DNA from: Dehalococcoidia bacterium
Lineage (GTDB): Bacteria; Chloroflexota; Dehalococcoidia; UBA6926
Length of the DNA stretch: 64,000 nucleotides
Assembly: GCA_963666115.2 (NCBI GenBank)
Contig: CAXXET010000007.1
Coordinates: forward strand, 32,001 to 96,000
Direction: 5' to 3'
Below, in pieces: positions 10,079 to 19,688 of the stretch (position 1 is the stretch's first letter; every line of letters begins with the position of its first letter). Position numbers and translations under genes: made by a program. Below the pieces are notes generated by a model. It was not told where the DNA came from and ran no database searches. It saw only the letters and a list, made by a program, of their open reading frames with translations.

Positions 10079-10597
10079 TTACCCGGCGTCCCCGTCACCA
10101 CCCACGGTCAGGGGAGGAAAGCCGTCGCCCAGGGCGAGCATGCGCGCCTCTGTCCGGGCGAAAATCCCGAACTCCTCCGGCGTCATCCCGGAGTGCCGGA
10201 TGAGCGCCTTGAGCGCGCCCCGCTTGATCATCTCCACGCCCGGCACCCCCGGCGCGACCAAAACAGGCGGGCGCTCGTCCTCAAACGCGCTCTGCTGCTG
10301 ATCGCCGATGTCCACCTGGACCTCGACCGTCTCGCACGTCAGCGGCAGGTCGTCGTCAGCGCGCGCCGCGAGAATCTCGTAGAGCTCATCGCCCACATAA
10401 TCCACCGAATCCGCGGGCGGCGGCATATCGTCCTCAGCCCACGCCGTCAACGATTGCCCGATGGCCGCCTCGATACCCGCGAAAGCCTCCTCCCGCGTCT
10501 CACCCTGCGCCACACACCCCGGCAGCGCCGGACAATGCACAGAGAACCCCCCGGCAAGTTCAGGCTCGATGATGACCGTGTACTGCGCCAACGCCAT
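10079..10597 (-). CDS. HicB-family antitoxin with HicA-like C-terminal extension
   Basis: YTVIIEPELAGGFSVHCPALPGCVAQGETREEA is the HicB core; tail IKRGALKALIRHSGMTPEEF; start moved to MALAQY. Confidence 0.8.
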   Translation of the reverse strand: MALAQYTVIIEPELAGGFSVHCPALPGCVAQGETREEAFAGIEAAIGQSLTAWAEDDMPPPADSVDYVGDELYEILAARADDDLPLTCETVEVQVDIGDQQQSAFEDERPPVLVAPGVPGVEMIKRGALKALIRHSGMTPEEFGIFARTEARMLALGDGFPPLTVGGDGDAG

Positions 10598-10712
10598 AAC
10601 GCATTCATTGTAGCCGCCGCGCGGCATAGACAGGCGCGGTATCGTGTCCGTAGACGAAATGACTCCCGGCTCGCCGGGATATGACGAGACAGTGCAGAGA
10701 GGCGGACACGTC

Positions 10713-13079
10713 ATGGCGAGGCGCGCACGGATGCTGTGGCTCACGGCGGGCTGCCTCCTCGCGCTTGCGACAGCCTCAGCCTGCGATTCTGACCCGCCGT
10801 CTACGCCCCAGATGAGAGATTCAATCCTGCCTCTGCCATCCATACAGGTGCTCGCGCCGACGGCAACCGCGACGGCTACGCCAACTCCAACACCGGTTCC
10901 AACAGCAACCTTCACGCCCCGGCCAACGCCAACTCCATCACCAACTCCGACGCCAACACCCGCGCCGGAGGAGAAGGGGTACGTGCCGGCGCCCCAAGAA
11001 CCGTGCACTCCTTCCACACATGGCGATCTCCATTACCATGGAGAACTGAGTCTTGAGGAGCACGTCAGTTTTCATTATCGCAGCCGACATAACTATACAC
11101 CGGGCTTCAGATACCGCTTTGACGTAACCTATCATGAATCCCATCAACATTTTGTCCACTGGGCTGAAGATGGTTCCCGTTTGGTCTTCGATATCGACGA
11201 TACAATCTGGGCCCTTGACGCCGAATCCGGACACCTGGCAGAGCTTGTCGACACCGACACAGATTATGACAATCTCGACAGATCACACAGGAGAAGCTTC
11301 GATCGACAACCATTTGGAGCCCGTATGGCATACGGATTCTATGCCGATGTCTCTCCGGATGGTTCTCAGATCGTCTACTCTACCTGCGAGTATCCGCTGA
11401 CAGAATGGGATGAAGAAGCACAGGGAATGGCGGCGCAGGGTTATGAACTCGCAATGATCGGCGCCGACGGCACCAGTAAACTCCGGTTGACGGACAATGA
11501 TTCCTTTGAGCACTACCCGGCATGGTCGCCGGACGGAACGAAGATCGCCTTCCTGGTGAACGACGGCTCACATGATTATCAGGACGCCGCCCAACTCGCG
11601 ATCTTGTCTCTGCCGACTGGACACGTTCGCCTTCTGCCACAGCCGTCTCGCCTCGCGCTAAGCCCACCGGCATGGTCGCCCGATGGGCAGCACCTGGCCG
11701 TTGCCGTCAACGAGGGAGAAGTAGTGGGATGGTCTGAATCGTATGTCCGCGCGCTCTACGTGGTTCGCGCAGACGGCTCGGCGGTGCACAGGATTGGGCC
11801 GGCTACAACGCCTGCCACATGGTCCCCGGACGGTCGTTACCTTGCATTTGGACTGACGGAGGTCACTGAAGAGGACGGGTCATATACGGGCCTTTACACC
11901 GTTCGGCGGGATGGCATGGATATGCGTCGACTCTGGGACAGGGAAATCGCTGATTTTCGCCAGGACTGGAATTGGGATGATCCGTCGATACGCAATGGCC
12001 AAATATCAAACGTGGTGTGGTCGCCGGACGGTTCCGAGATACTCTTCGTCTCTGAGGGCGTGCATGTTATCCGACCGGACGGCAATGGGCTGCGCACACT
12101 GTCCGGTGGCTCCATGAGGTCCACTCGCGCTGCATGGTCACCGGATGGACAGCGAATCGTGACTCACCACCCGAACTACCAGATTATCTCCGTGGAACTC
12201 GACGGGTCGGACATGCGAACCCTAATGGAGATACCCGTCAGTACCGAGACATGCTCCAACGGTTCTTCGGTCTACCGCCGGGGGTGGTGGGAAGAACCTA
12301 ACCCCAACAATTGCTTTACGCTGTTGACCGTCCGGAATCACTTTGCCGACCGAGGTATCTTCCTGCCATGGAGCACTTCCGTCCACATGTTCGCATGGCC
12401 CGGCGTCTCACTCATCGAAACCTATGACGATTACGGTGGCGGCGGTGTCTCGGGGCTTGATCTTCGGGACAAAGGGCTCACCGGCTCCATCCCGGTCGAG
12501 ATATTTGAACTGTCGCCTCTCTACGGGCTGGATCTGGGGAACAACGACCTTGAGGGAGAAATCCCGCCGTCATTGGGGGCTCTCACCTATCTATGGGAGC
12601 TGGACCTCAGTGGCAACAGGCTTGAGGGGGAAATCCCTGCGTCGTTGGGCAATCTCACTGATCTAAGGGAGCTGGACCTCAGTGGGAACAGACTTGGGGG
12701 GGAAATCCCTGCGTCATTGGGCAATCTCGCCGGTCTGTTGACGCTGGACCTCAGTGGCAACAGGCTTGGCGGGGAGATTCCCTTAGCGCTCGGCAGTCTT
12801 GTAGATTTGCTTGAGTTGGACATCTCAAACAATCGATTGACCGGCAAGATTCCGCCGGAATTGGGCAACCTCGGAAAGGGTGCCTGGAATGACTACTATT
12901 TTTTGCGTAAACTAAACCTTTCGTTTAACGAACTATACGGAACCTTGCCACCCGAGCTGGCGCCCCTTAACCCTGCTAGCCTAAGCCTTGAGGGCAACAA
13001 CTTCGTCGGGTGTGTCCCGCTTAAACTAGGCCAGCAATGGGTAGAGGCAAGCGGCCTCGAATACTGCGAGCCGGGATGA
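10713..13079 (+). CDS. Lipoprotein with Pro/Thr linker, TolB-like PD40 beta-propeller and plant-type LRRs
   Basis: Signal ending ASAC, TPTP stalk, repeated WSPDG, LDLSGNRLxGEIPxSLGNL repeats. Confidence 0.88.
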   Translation: MARRARMLWLTAGCLLALATASACDSDPPSTPQMRDSILPLPSIQVLAPTATATATPTPTPVPTATFTPRPTPTPSPTPTPTPAPEEKGYVPAPQEPCTPSTHGDLHYHGELSLEEHVSFHYRSRHNYTPGFRYRFDVTYHESHQHFVHWAEDGSRLVFDIDDTIWALDAESGHLAELVDTDTDYDNLDRSHRRSFDRQPFGARMAYGFYADVSPDGSQIVYSTCEYPLTEWDEEAQGMAAQGYELAMIGADGTSKLRLTDNDSFEHYPAWSPDGTKIAFLVNDGSHDYQDAAQLAILSLPTGHVRLLPQPSRLALSPPAWSPDGQHLAVAVNEGEVVGWSESYVRALYVVRADGSAVHRIGPATTPATWSPDGRYLAFGLTEVTEEDGSYTGLYTVRRDGMDMRRLWDREIADFRQDWNWDDPSIRNGQISNVVWSPDGSEILFVSEGVHVIRPDGNGLRTLSGGSMRSTRAAWSPDGQRIVTHHPNYQIISVELDGSDMRTLMEIPVSTETCSNGSSVYRRGWWEEPNPNNCFTLLTVRNHFADRGIFLPWSTSVHMFAWPGVSLIETYDDYGGGGVSGLDLRDKGLTGSIPVEIFELSPLYGLDLGNNDLEGEIPPSLGALTYLWELDLSGNRLEGEIPASLGNLTDLRELDLSGNRLGGEIPASLGNLAGLLTLDLSGNRLGGEIPLALGSLVDLLELDISNNRLTGKIPPELGNLGKGAWNDYYFLRKLNLSFNELYGTLPPELAPLNPASLSLEGNNFVGCVPLKLGQQWVEASGLEYCEPG
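12524..12870 (+). repeat. 72-bp tandem repeats encoding LRR units
   Basis: GCTGGACCTCAGTGG recurs near 12599, 12671 and 12743. Confidence 0.85.
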
Positions 13080-13171
13080 CGAAGATCGTCGATTAACATC
13101 GACCCTCTGCGATTCAGTCTCAACTGTGGCACGTGGTTCATTTTGGGCGCGTCGGCGGATAGTCTGTCTGT

Positions 13172-14482
13172 ATGGATGCAAGGCCGAAAACGCCCGCGCC
13201 GCCCCGGGGAGGACGGCGCTTCTACTATGGGTGGGTGATTGTGGCGACGATGTTCATCGTCTCCGTCGCCCAGACGGCCCAGTACAACCCGGCCATCAGC
13301 GTCTTCGTCAAACCCATCACCCAGGAGTTCGGGTGGAGCCGCACGACGTTCTCGACCGCGATCGGCATTGGTGGAATCGTCGGCGCCGGCCTCGCCGTGA
13401 TCATCGGGCCGATCCTAGACAGGCGCGGCCCGCGCATACCGACCCTGATCGCGTTCATGCTGCTGGGCGGGGTTGTGATGTCCTTGAGCCAGATATCCGA
13501 AGTCTGGCAGTTCTACACGATCATCATCACGAACCGGGCACTGAATACAGGCTTCCTGTCCATCGTTGCGGGCGTCGTCGTCTCCAAGTGGTTCATCCGG
13601 CGGCGCGGGCGCGCAATGTCGTTCTCCATCACCGGCATCCGCTTTGGCCAGGCGATCTTCCCGCCCTACGCAACGTTCTTCGTTCTGCGATCTGGCTGGC
13701 AGAGTGCCGCGATTGCCCTCGGCGCGTTGGTATGGGCGATGACCCTCGTGCCGGTTGCGCTGTTCCTGCGGCGGCAGCCGGAGGACATGGGGCTGCGGCC
13801 CGACGGCGACACCCCTGTAGATGAGGACGACGACGGATTCGATTCGCCCCAATCATATGCCGCGACCGAAGAGGCGTCATTCACGCTGTCGCAGGCGCTG
13901 CGCACGCGCGCGTTCTACCTAATCCTGTTCGCCACGAGCGCCCTTGCCTTCAACATCGGCGGCATCAACTTCAACCTCTTCCCGTACATGACCGACCAGG
14001 GGATGTCGGAGGCTCAAGCCGCGATGATCCTGACGGCGTGGTCGCTGGTGGGCGCGACAGGGTCGCTGATCGTGGGATTCGTGGCAGAGCGGATGCACGT
14101 GCGGTTCGTGATGGCCCTGGCTTTCTCGTTCGCGACGGCGGGCGTCGGGCTGCTCATCATCACGGATGACGTGCCGACGGCGCTCGTGTTCTCGCTCGTG
14201 CATGGCCTGTCGTTCGGCTCGCTGCCCATGCTGATGAACCTGGTATGGGCGGACTACTACGGCAGGCGGCACCAGGGGGCGATACGCGGGTTTACCACGC
14301 CGTTCCAGGTCATCGTGCAGGCGGGCGGGCCCATCATCGGCACGCTGTCGTACGATTTCATCGACACATACCTGCCGGCGTTCATCTTGTTCGCCGCGCT
14401 CTATCTGCTCAGCGCCCTCGCGATGCTGCTGGCGCGGCCGGCGCCGCATCCGGACGCTGTGGCAACTCGGAGCGAGGTGTGA
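13172..14482 (+). CDS. MFS transporter
   Basis: YYGWVIV start, GPILDRRGPR motif A, about 12 hydrophobic segments. Confidence 0.92.
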   Translation: MDARPKTPAPPRGGRRFYYGWVIVATMFIVSVAQTAQYNPAISVFVKPITQEFGWSRTTFSTAIGIGGIVGAGLAVIIGPILDRRGPRIPTLIAFMLLGGVVMSLSQISEVWQFYTIIITNRALNTGFLSIVAGVVVSKWFIRRRGRAMSFSITGIRFGQAIFPPYATFFVLRSGWQSAAIALGALVWAMTLVPVALFLRRQPEDMGLRPDGDTPVDEDDDGFDSPQSYAATEEASFTLSQALRTRAFYLILFATSALAFNIGGINFNLFPYMTDQGMSEAQAAMILTAWSLVGATGSLIVGFVAERMHVRFVMALAFSFATAGVGLLIITDDVPTALVFSLVHGLSFGSLPMLMNLVWADYYGRRHQGAIRGFTTPFQVIVQAGGPIIGTLSYDFIDTYLPAFILFAALYLLSALAMLLARPAPHPDAVATRSEV

Positions 14483-14597
14483 GGATGGGAATATCTGCGG
14501 CTTGCTTAGGCATGGCGCACGTATCTACTCTTGGGAGTGAGCAAAGTCATGCCGGGGGCGGAAACGCGACCCGGCCAACCAGGGGACTAGTGGGGAC

Positions 14598-17186
14598 ATG
14601 ACAACAAACATTGACGGACGGTTCACCCTTCTGCCACGGTCGGTTAGGCCGTCGCACTACAAGCTGGAACTGACGCCGGACCTGGAAAATGCCGCATTTA
14701 CGGGGTCCGCGTCCATCGACGTGCTTGTGACGGAAATCACACAGCAGGTCGTCCTAAACGCCACCGAACTCGAATTAGGCTCCGCAGCGTTCACCCCGCG
14801 CGGCGGAGAGACCTCGGAATCAACTGGCATCATATATGACGAGGACAGCGAGACTGCCACGATCAGTTTTGCGGAGGCGCTGCCCGTCGGTACGGGGACG
14901 CTTGAGATTTCTTTCACAGGGACGCTGAACGATCAACTGCACGGGTTTTACCTGAGCACGTTCCGCGACAAGGACGGCGTCGAGCGGCGGATGGCGGCAA
15001 CGCAGTTCGAGGCGTCGGACGCGCGGCGATGCTTCCCCTGCTGGGACGAGCCGGCAATCAAGGCGACGTTCCAGGTTGACCTGATCGTTCCCGAGGGGTT
15101 TTCGGCGATTTCAAACACGCTGGAGTCCGCGCCGGAGCCGGTGGACGGCGGCAGGCAGCGGGTCAGCTTCCCGACCACACCGATCATGTCCACCTACCTG
15201 CTCGCGTTCATCGTGGGGGAGATGGAGTATATCGAGGCGCGGTCGGCCAACGGCACGCTCCACCGCGTGTGGGCGACCGTGGGGCAGGCGGAGCTGGGGC
15301 GGTTCGCGCTGGAAACGTCGGTGCGCGTGCTGGACTACTACAACGACTACTTCGGCGTGGATTACCCGCTGGAGAAGCTGGACCACATTGCGCTGGCGGA
15401 CTTCGCCGCGGGGGCGATGGAGAACTGGGGGGCGGTGACGTACCGCGAGGTGGCGCTGCTCTTCGATCCGGCGAGTTCGTCGCCCGGCACACGGCAGCGC
15501 ATCGTGGAGATCGTCGCGCACGAGATGGCACATATGTGGTTCGGCGACCTCGTGACGATGGCGTGGTGGAACGATCTGTGGCTGAACGAGAGTTTCGCGT
15601 CGTGGATGGCGGCAAAGGCTGCCGACACGCTCTTCCCGGACTGGGCGATCTGGACGCAGTTCATCGCCACGGACGTCGCGCCCGGCATGAGCCTGGACGG
15701 GCTGGAGAACTCGCACCCCATCGAGTCCGAGGTGCGGAATCCGAACGAGGTCAGCCAGCTCTTCGACGCGATCAGCTACGAGAAGGGCGCGTCCATTATG
15801 CGGATGCTGGAGCAGCACATTGGCCCCGAGTCTTTCCGCAGCGGGCTGAACGACTACATGGCCGCGTTCGCCTATTCCAACGCGGAGGGCGCAGACCTGT
15901 GGCGGGCGATGGCCGATGCCTCCGGCCAGGACATCGTGGGCATGATGGACTCCTGGATCAAGCAGGTTGGCTATCCCGTCGTGACGGCGGAGACGACCCG
16001 CAGCGACGCGGGCGCGACCGTCTCGCTGACACAGCGCCGGTTCCTCTACTCAGGGCCGAGCGACGATGAGACCCTATGGCACGTGCCCGCGCGCGTCACG
16101 ACGCAGGGAAGCGCGGATGAGGCGCGGGCCCTGTTCACGGGGCGGACGGAATCCATCGACGTTCCGGCGGCAACGGCAGACGGCTGGATCAAGGTGAACG
16201 CCGGCGGCACGGGGTTCTATCGCGTCGGCTATCAGCAGGATGAGCTGGACCGGCTGATCGCGGCGGTGCGGACGGGCGAACTGTCCGCGCCGGACCGCCT
16301 GACGCTGCTGGAGGACACGTACGCGCTGTCCCGCGCCCGCCATATCCCGGCCCGCAACTACCTCGAACTCGCGCAGGCATACGCGGACGATGAGGACTAC
16401 AGCATCTGGGCGGCGATGGCATCCCAGCTCGGCGCAATCGAGGCGCTGTCACGCAACGAGCCGTACCTGGAACGCTACCAGGAGTTCGCCCGCGGGCTGA
16501 CTCAAACAGTCGCCGGCAAGGTCGGTTGGGACCAGCCAGAGAATGAGGCGCATCTGCGGACGCTGCTCCGGGCAGTCGCGCTGAGCGCGGCGGGCGGCTT
16601 CGGCGATGAGGCAGTGCTGTCGGAGGCGGCGGCGCGGTTCGGGCGGTTCCTGGAGGATGAGTCATCGCTGCGGCCGGACCTGCGCGCGGTGGTGTACAAC
16701 CTGACGGCGGAGCAGGGCGACGATGAGATGTTCGAGACGATGGCGCGGCTGGAGCGGGAGTTCGACCTGCAGGAGGAGAAGGTGCGGATGCAGATGGCGC
16801 TGACGCAGTTCAGCCGGCCGGAGCTCCTGGAGCGGGCGCTCGCGATGTCCGTCGACCAGGAGCAGATACGGGTGCAGGACGCGCCGCGCATCCTGATGGG
16901 CGTGGGCGGCAACCTCCGGGGCCTGAGCCTGGCGTGGGAGTTCATGAAGAGCAACTGGCCGGAGATCGAGCGACGCTACGCGGGGGGCGGATTCGCCATC
17001 ATGCGGCTAGTCTCCATCACAGGCGCATTCGCCACGGAGGAAGCAGCCCAGGAAGTCCGCGACTTCTTCGATGCCCACCCCACCCCGTCCGCCACACGCG
17101 CCATCCAGCAATCCCTGGAGCGCATAGAACTAAACCGCCTCTGGCTGGAACGCAACCGCACAGAGTTGGCCAAGTGGCTGGGGTAG
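14598..17186 (+). CDS. M1 family aminopeptidase with ERAP1-like C-terminus
   Basis: GAMEN, HEMAHMW-x-LNE zinc motif, AISYEKG. Confidence 0.95.
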   Translation: MTTNIDGRFTLLPRSVRPSHYKLELTPDLENAAFTGSASIDVLVTEITQQVVLNATELELGSAAFTPRGGETSESTGIIYDEDSETATISFAEALPVGTGTLEISFTGTLNDQLHGFYLSTFRDKDGVERRMAATQFEASDARRCFPCWDEPAIKATFQVDLIVPEGFSAISNTLESAPEPVDGGRQRVSFPTTPIMSTYLLAFIVGEMEYIEARSANGTLHRVWATVGQAELGRFALETSVRVLDYYNDYFGVDYPLEKLDHIALADFAAGAMENWGAVTYREVALLFDPASSSPGTRQRIVEIVAHEMAHMWFGDLVTMAWWNDLWLNESFASWMAAKAADTLFPDWAIWTQFIATDVAPGMSLDGLENSHPIESEVRNPNEVSQLFDAISYEKGASIMRMLEQHIGPESFRSGLNDYMAAFAYSNAEGADLWRAMADASGQDIVGMMDSWIKQVGYPVVTAETTRSDAGATVSLTQRRFLYSGPSDDETLWHVPARVTTQGSADEARALFTGRTESIDVPAATADGWIKVNAGGTGFYRVGYQQDELDRLIAAVRTGELSAPDRLTLLEDTYALSRARHIPARNYLELAQAYADDEDYSIWAAMASQLGAIEALSRNEPYLERYQEFARGLTQTVAGKVGWDQPENEAHLRTLLRAVALSAAGGFGDEAVLSEAAARFGRFLEDESSLRPDLRAVVYNLTAEQGDDEMFETMARLEREFDLQEEKVRMQMALTQFSRPELLERALAMSVDQEQIRVQDAPRILMGVGGNLRGLSLAWEFMKSNWPEIERRYAGGGFAIMRLVSITGAFATEEAAQEVRDFFDAHPTPSATRAIQQSLERIELNRLWLERNRTELAKWLG

Positions 17187-17191
17187 GCCGG

Positions 17192-17347
17192 CTATTTGCT
17201 GGGCTTTGGAGCCGTGGACTGACGTCCTGGAGGCTTGCCCGTCAGCGGAGGAGGCGGGGGGAATTTCTTGGGGCTGGTCGTCTTCGTACCGGGCAAGGCC
17301 GTTGCCGCGTCCTTGCCCTTGTTACCTGACCCAGTTTGCTTAGCCAT
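17192..17347 (-). CDS. Small Lys/Pro-rich hypothetical protein
   Basis: MAKQTGSGNKGK...KKFPPPPP; GAGG upstream; directly follows the 219-aa gene. Confidence 0.4.
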   Translation of the reverse strand: MAKQTGSGNKGKDAATALPGTKTTSPKKFPPPPPLTGKPPGRQSTAPKPSK

Positions 17348-17380
17348 CACGTCTTGCCTCGCCGTCCGTCTGGCGTTCAC

Positions 17381-18040
17381 TTAAGCCTGCTCTCCAACAT
17401 CATACATGGTCGTTGCTGCCCAGCCCTCTCCGGCTCCGGTATCCCTTTCTCTGTGCTCGTTGTAGAAATACGTGTAGAGGAGCACAGTCTGGCTCTCCCA
17501 GCCTTCAATGACGAACTCGAATGTCTCCGCATGCTGCTCCCCGGGTTCGACTATTAGCTCCTTGTCACCCCACACACGATTTGTCCTCGCGATGGTACGC
17601 CACTGATAACTGGGATCATCCTCGTTATCCAACCCTCCGCTATAGATAGCCTCCGCTTCCTCATCAGAAATTGGAGCAACTTCCTGGATGATTGCCAAGC
17701 CTCGCCGCAACTCCACGTGGACCCTAGAGCTATTCTTCAGGATTACCGTAACCTCAATGTGGACATAACTGTCGCTCAACTGGCGGTGGCTAACCTTGTG
17801 GGCGATGGTCAGATGGGGTTGAAACGTCCTGAAAATCTGGAATCGCCTGTCCGCTACGTATGCGCCTGCCCCTATCGCAACAGCAGCAACGATACCCTGA
17901 ACAAAGAGCGCGTAATCCCGCAGCCTTTCCCCGTAGGGATAAATGTCCTCCGACACAAGAGTAGCCAGGAAGACCAGCAAACCCAAGGCTGTTATCGACA
18001 GCGCGATAAACAGTGCTGCTCTGAAGCGGAGAGTATTCAC
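17381..18040 (-). CDS. Hypothetical membrane protein with two N-terminal TM segments
   Basis: Two hydrophobic stretches then a beta-rich soluble domain; visibly more AT-rich than flanks. Confidence 0.7.
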   Translation of the reverse strand: MNTLRFRAALFIALSITALGLLVFLATLVSEDIYPYGERLRDYALFVQGIVAAVAIGAGAYVADRRFQIFRTFQPHLTIAHKVSHRQLSDSYVHIEVTVILKNSSRVHVELRRGLAIIQEVAPISDEEAEAIYSGGLDNEDDPSYQWRTIARTNRVWGDKELIVEPGEQHAETFEFVIEGWESQTVLLYTYFYNEHRERDTGAGEGWAATTMYDVGEQA

Positions 18041-18052
18041 AGTCTGTGCCTC

Positions 18053-18214
18053 TTACACCATTCGTTGGGGGCGGCGGTGGCGGGGGGCGCGGGGGAAGGT
18101 GGTATCTCTGACCTCCCAATCTTTGCTAGCAAGGTCAGCCATATAGTCGCCTAGAGTGCCAGAGTAGCCCCGACGCTCACGGGCCGCATCCAGGATTTCC
18201 TTCATTGTTTCCAT
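18053..18214 (-). CDS. Small hypothetical protein
   Basis: METMKEILDAARERRG...; AAGGA upstream. Confidence 0.4.
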   Translation of the reverse strand: METMKEILDAARERRGYSGTLGDYMADLASKDWEVRDTTFPRAPRHRRPQRMV

Positions 18215-18386
18215 TTCCGAAGTGTCCTTTCGCCCCAGTGATTGCGTGGCCAACACAGGTGTGCCGTTTGTCTCTCAACGGTGTCTGTCACGCGCCTTTT
18301 GAGCAGAATAGCACATTCGTGCGCATTGCGCCAGAGAGCCCAACTGCGCAATGGAGAAGGGGGCAGTTGGCGCAATCGGCTGTTGT

Positions 18387-18537
18387 ATTCTTCGCTGCGC
18401 TCAGAATGACGGTTCGAGGACGTTACTGGGTTTGGCTGCACTCCAAGTTGTAGATTCCCGCGTGCGCGGGAATGACGGGTGAGTGCGGGCGGGTATGCGG
18501 TGGGGGTTCACCCTTCGACTGGGCTCAGGGTGAACGG
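18387..18537. repeat. Cluster of three REP-like palindromes
   Basis: ATTCTTCGCTGCGCTCAGAATGAC (18387-18410), GATTCCCGCGTGCGCGGGAATGAC (18453-18476), GTTCACCCT..AGGGTGAAC (18506-18535). Confidence 0.85.
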
Positions 18538-18565
18538 GAGGGGTGGGTCTGGCTGAGCGGCCGGC

Positions 18566-18802
18566 TTAGGGTGGGGAGGTATAGATGCGCCGGGTGGGTT
18601 CGGCGGCGAAGGCGAAGCAGGCGAGGAGGTCCAGGCGGGTGAGTTGGGGGTAGCGCTCATAGAGTTGTTCCTCGGATTTCCTTTCGGCCAGAAACTCCAA
18701 GACATCGTGGAGGGTGATGTTCTTGCCGATGAGCACAGGCTGTGGATGCCCGTCTACTTTCTCGATAGCTATGTAGTCCCAGTAGTTGTCAGCTTCGCCC
18801 AT
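18566..18802 (-). CDS. DUF433 family protein (divergent)
   Basis: PQPVLIGKNITLHDVLEFLA...YPQLTRLDLLACFAFAA. Confidence 0.8.
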   Translation of the reverse strand: MGEADNYWDYIAIEKVDGHPQPVLIGKNITLHDVLEFLAERKSEEQLYERYPQLTRLDLLACFAFAAEPTRRIYTSPP

Positions 18803-18817
18803 AACGTCGGTCTAACT

Positions 18818-18925
18818 TTAGTGGCCCGCTCGGCCCATTAGGTGAAGGTGGGAGGAGTCCGGATACAACTCTCTCAGAAGATACACCAGGTCAGGCGACA
18901 GATTTTGATCGAACAGGAGTCGCGC
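18818..18925 (-). pseudogene. Truncated DUF5615-type PIN toxin remnant
   Basis: Own translation ARLLFDQNLSPDLVYLLRELYPDSSHLHLMGRAGH*; GCG at expected start codon, stop after 35 codons. Confidence 0.75.
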
Positions 18926-19157
18926 TTGGCCAATCCCACATGGTTCGCTTGCCTACACGCGCTGCGAAATCACAGCAGGCGCTGATGTCATCACGCGTCA
19001 GGTACGGGAAATCGCCCAGAACCTCTTCGATGGTCATGCCGCCTGCGAGGTACTCAAACACGTCGTAGACGGTCAGCCGCATTTTGCGGATGCACGGCTG
19101 GCCGCTGCGCTTGCCCGGCTCAAACGTGATGTAGTCTTCGTATTTGACGGCGCCCAT
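18891..19157 (-). CDS. DUF433 family antitoxin
   Basis: ITFEPGKRSGQPCIRKMRLTVYDV..GMTIEEVLGDFPYLTRDDISAC. Confidence 0.92.
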   Translation of the reverse strand: MGAVKYEDYITFEPGKRSGQPCIRKMRLTVYDVFEYLAGGMTIEEVLGDFPYLTRDDISACCDFAARVGKRTMWDWPSATPVRSKSVA

Positions 19158-19214
19158 GATGCTCCTCCGAATACTATCCCCATTGTACCCGCATTGGAGA
19201 AGTGCCGGGGAGTA

Positions 19215-19679
19215 TCAGGGGGTAGTGGCCCAGCGGGCCAGGGCCTTGTCCAGCGAGGTTATTTCGGTGACTGAGGTGTAGTAGTAGTCCTGCCAGCCTT
19301 TTTCAGGCAGGCCGGTGAAGAGCATCAGGTTGAGCGGGTAGTTCTCGCTGTCCGTGGCGCGGCGGAAATCGTCCCGGAACAGGAACGTCGGCTTCTTGAG
19401 CGCGATGGCCATTCCGAGTTCGACCATGACGCCCTCGTCCGGGGGGACGCCGTTGACGATGGCGAATGTGGCATCGCTCTCGACGACGTCCTCGTAGTCC
19501 TTTTGCCCCACCTGGTAGGCCCATCCCTCCTGGGTGACGTCGACCTGGTTATTCCGCGCGAAGGGCTCCCAGACCTCCAGCCCCAATTCTTGCAGGGCAG
19601 CGATTATCGGCGGCAGCAGCAGGGCGCGCTGCTGCTCAGAAAAACCGTAGGGATTTGCCAGGTAGATCGTCTTCGCCAT
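19215..19679 (-). CDS. Nucleoside 2-deoxyribosyltransferase family protein
   Basis: IYLANP, PDEGVMVELGMAIALKKP, NLML. Confidence 0.88.
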   Translation of the reverse strand: MAKTIYLANPYGFSEQQRALLLPPIIAALQELGLEVWEPFARNNQVDVTQEGWAYQVGQKDYEDVVESDATFAIVNGVPPDEGVMVELGMAIALKKPTFLFRDDFRRATDSENYPLNLMLFTGLPEKGWQDYYYTSVTEITSLDKALARWATTP

Positions 19680-19688
19680 GGCGGGGGC

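Noticed and set aside
10598-11017. N-terminal GVGV-rich extension of the 312-aa HicB ORF
   Set aside because: Antisense of the Pro/Thr stalk of the opposite gene; real start at 10597
18387-18537. Possible CRISPR array
   Set aside because: Units differ from each other, spacing is irregular, and no cas genes were seen
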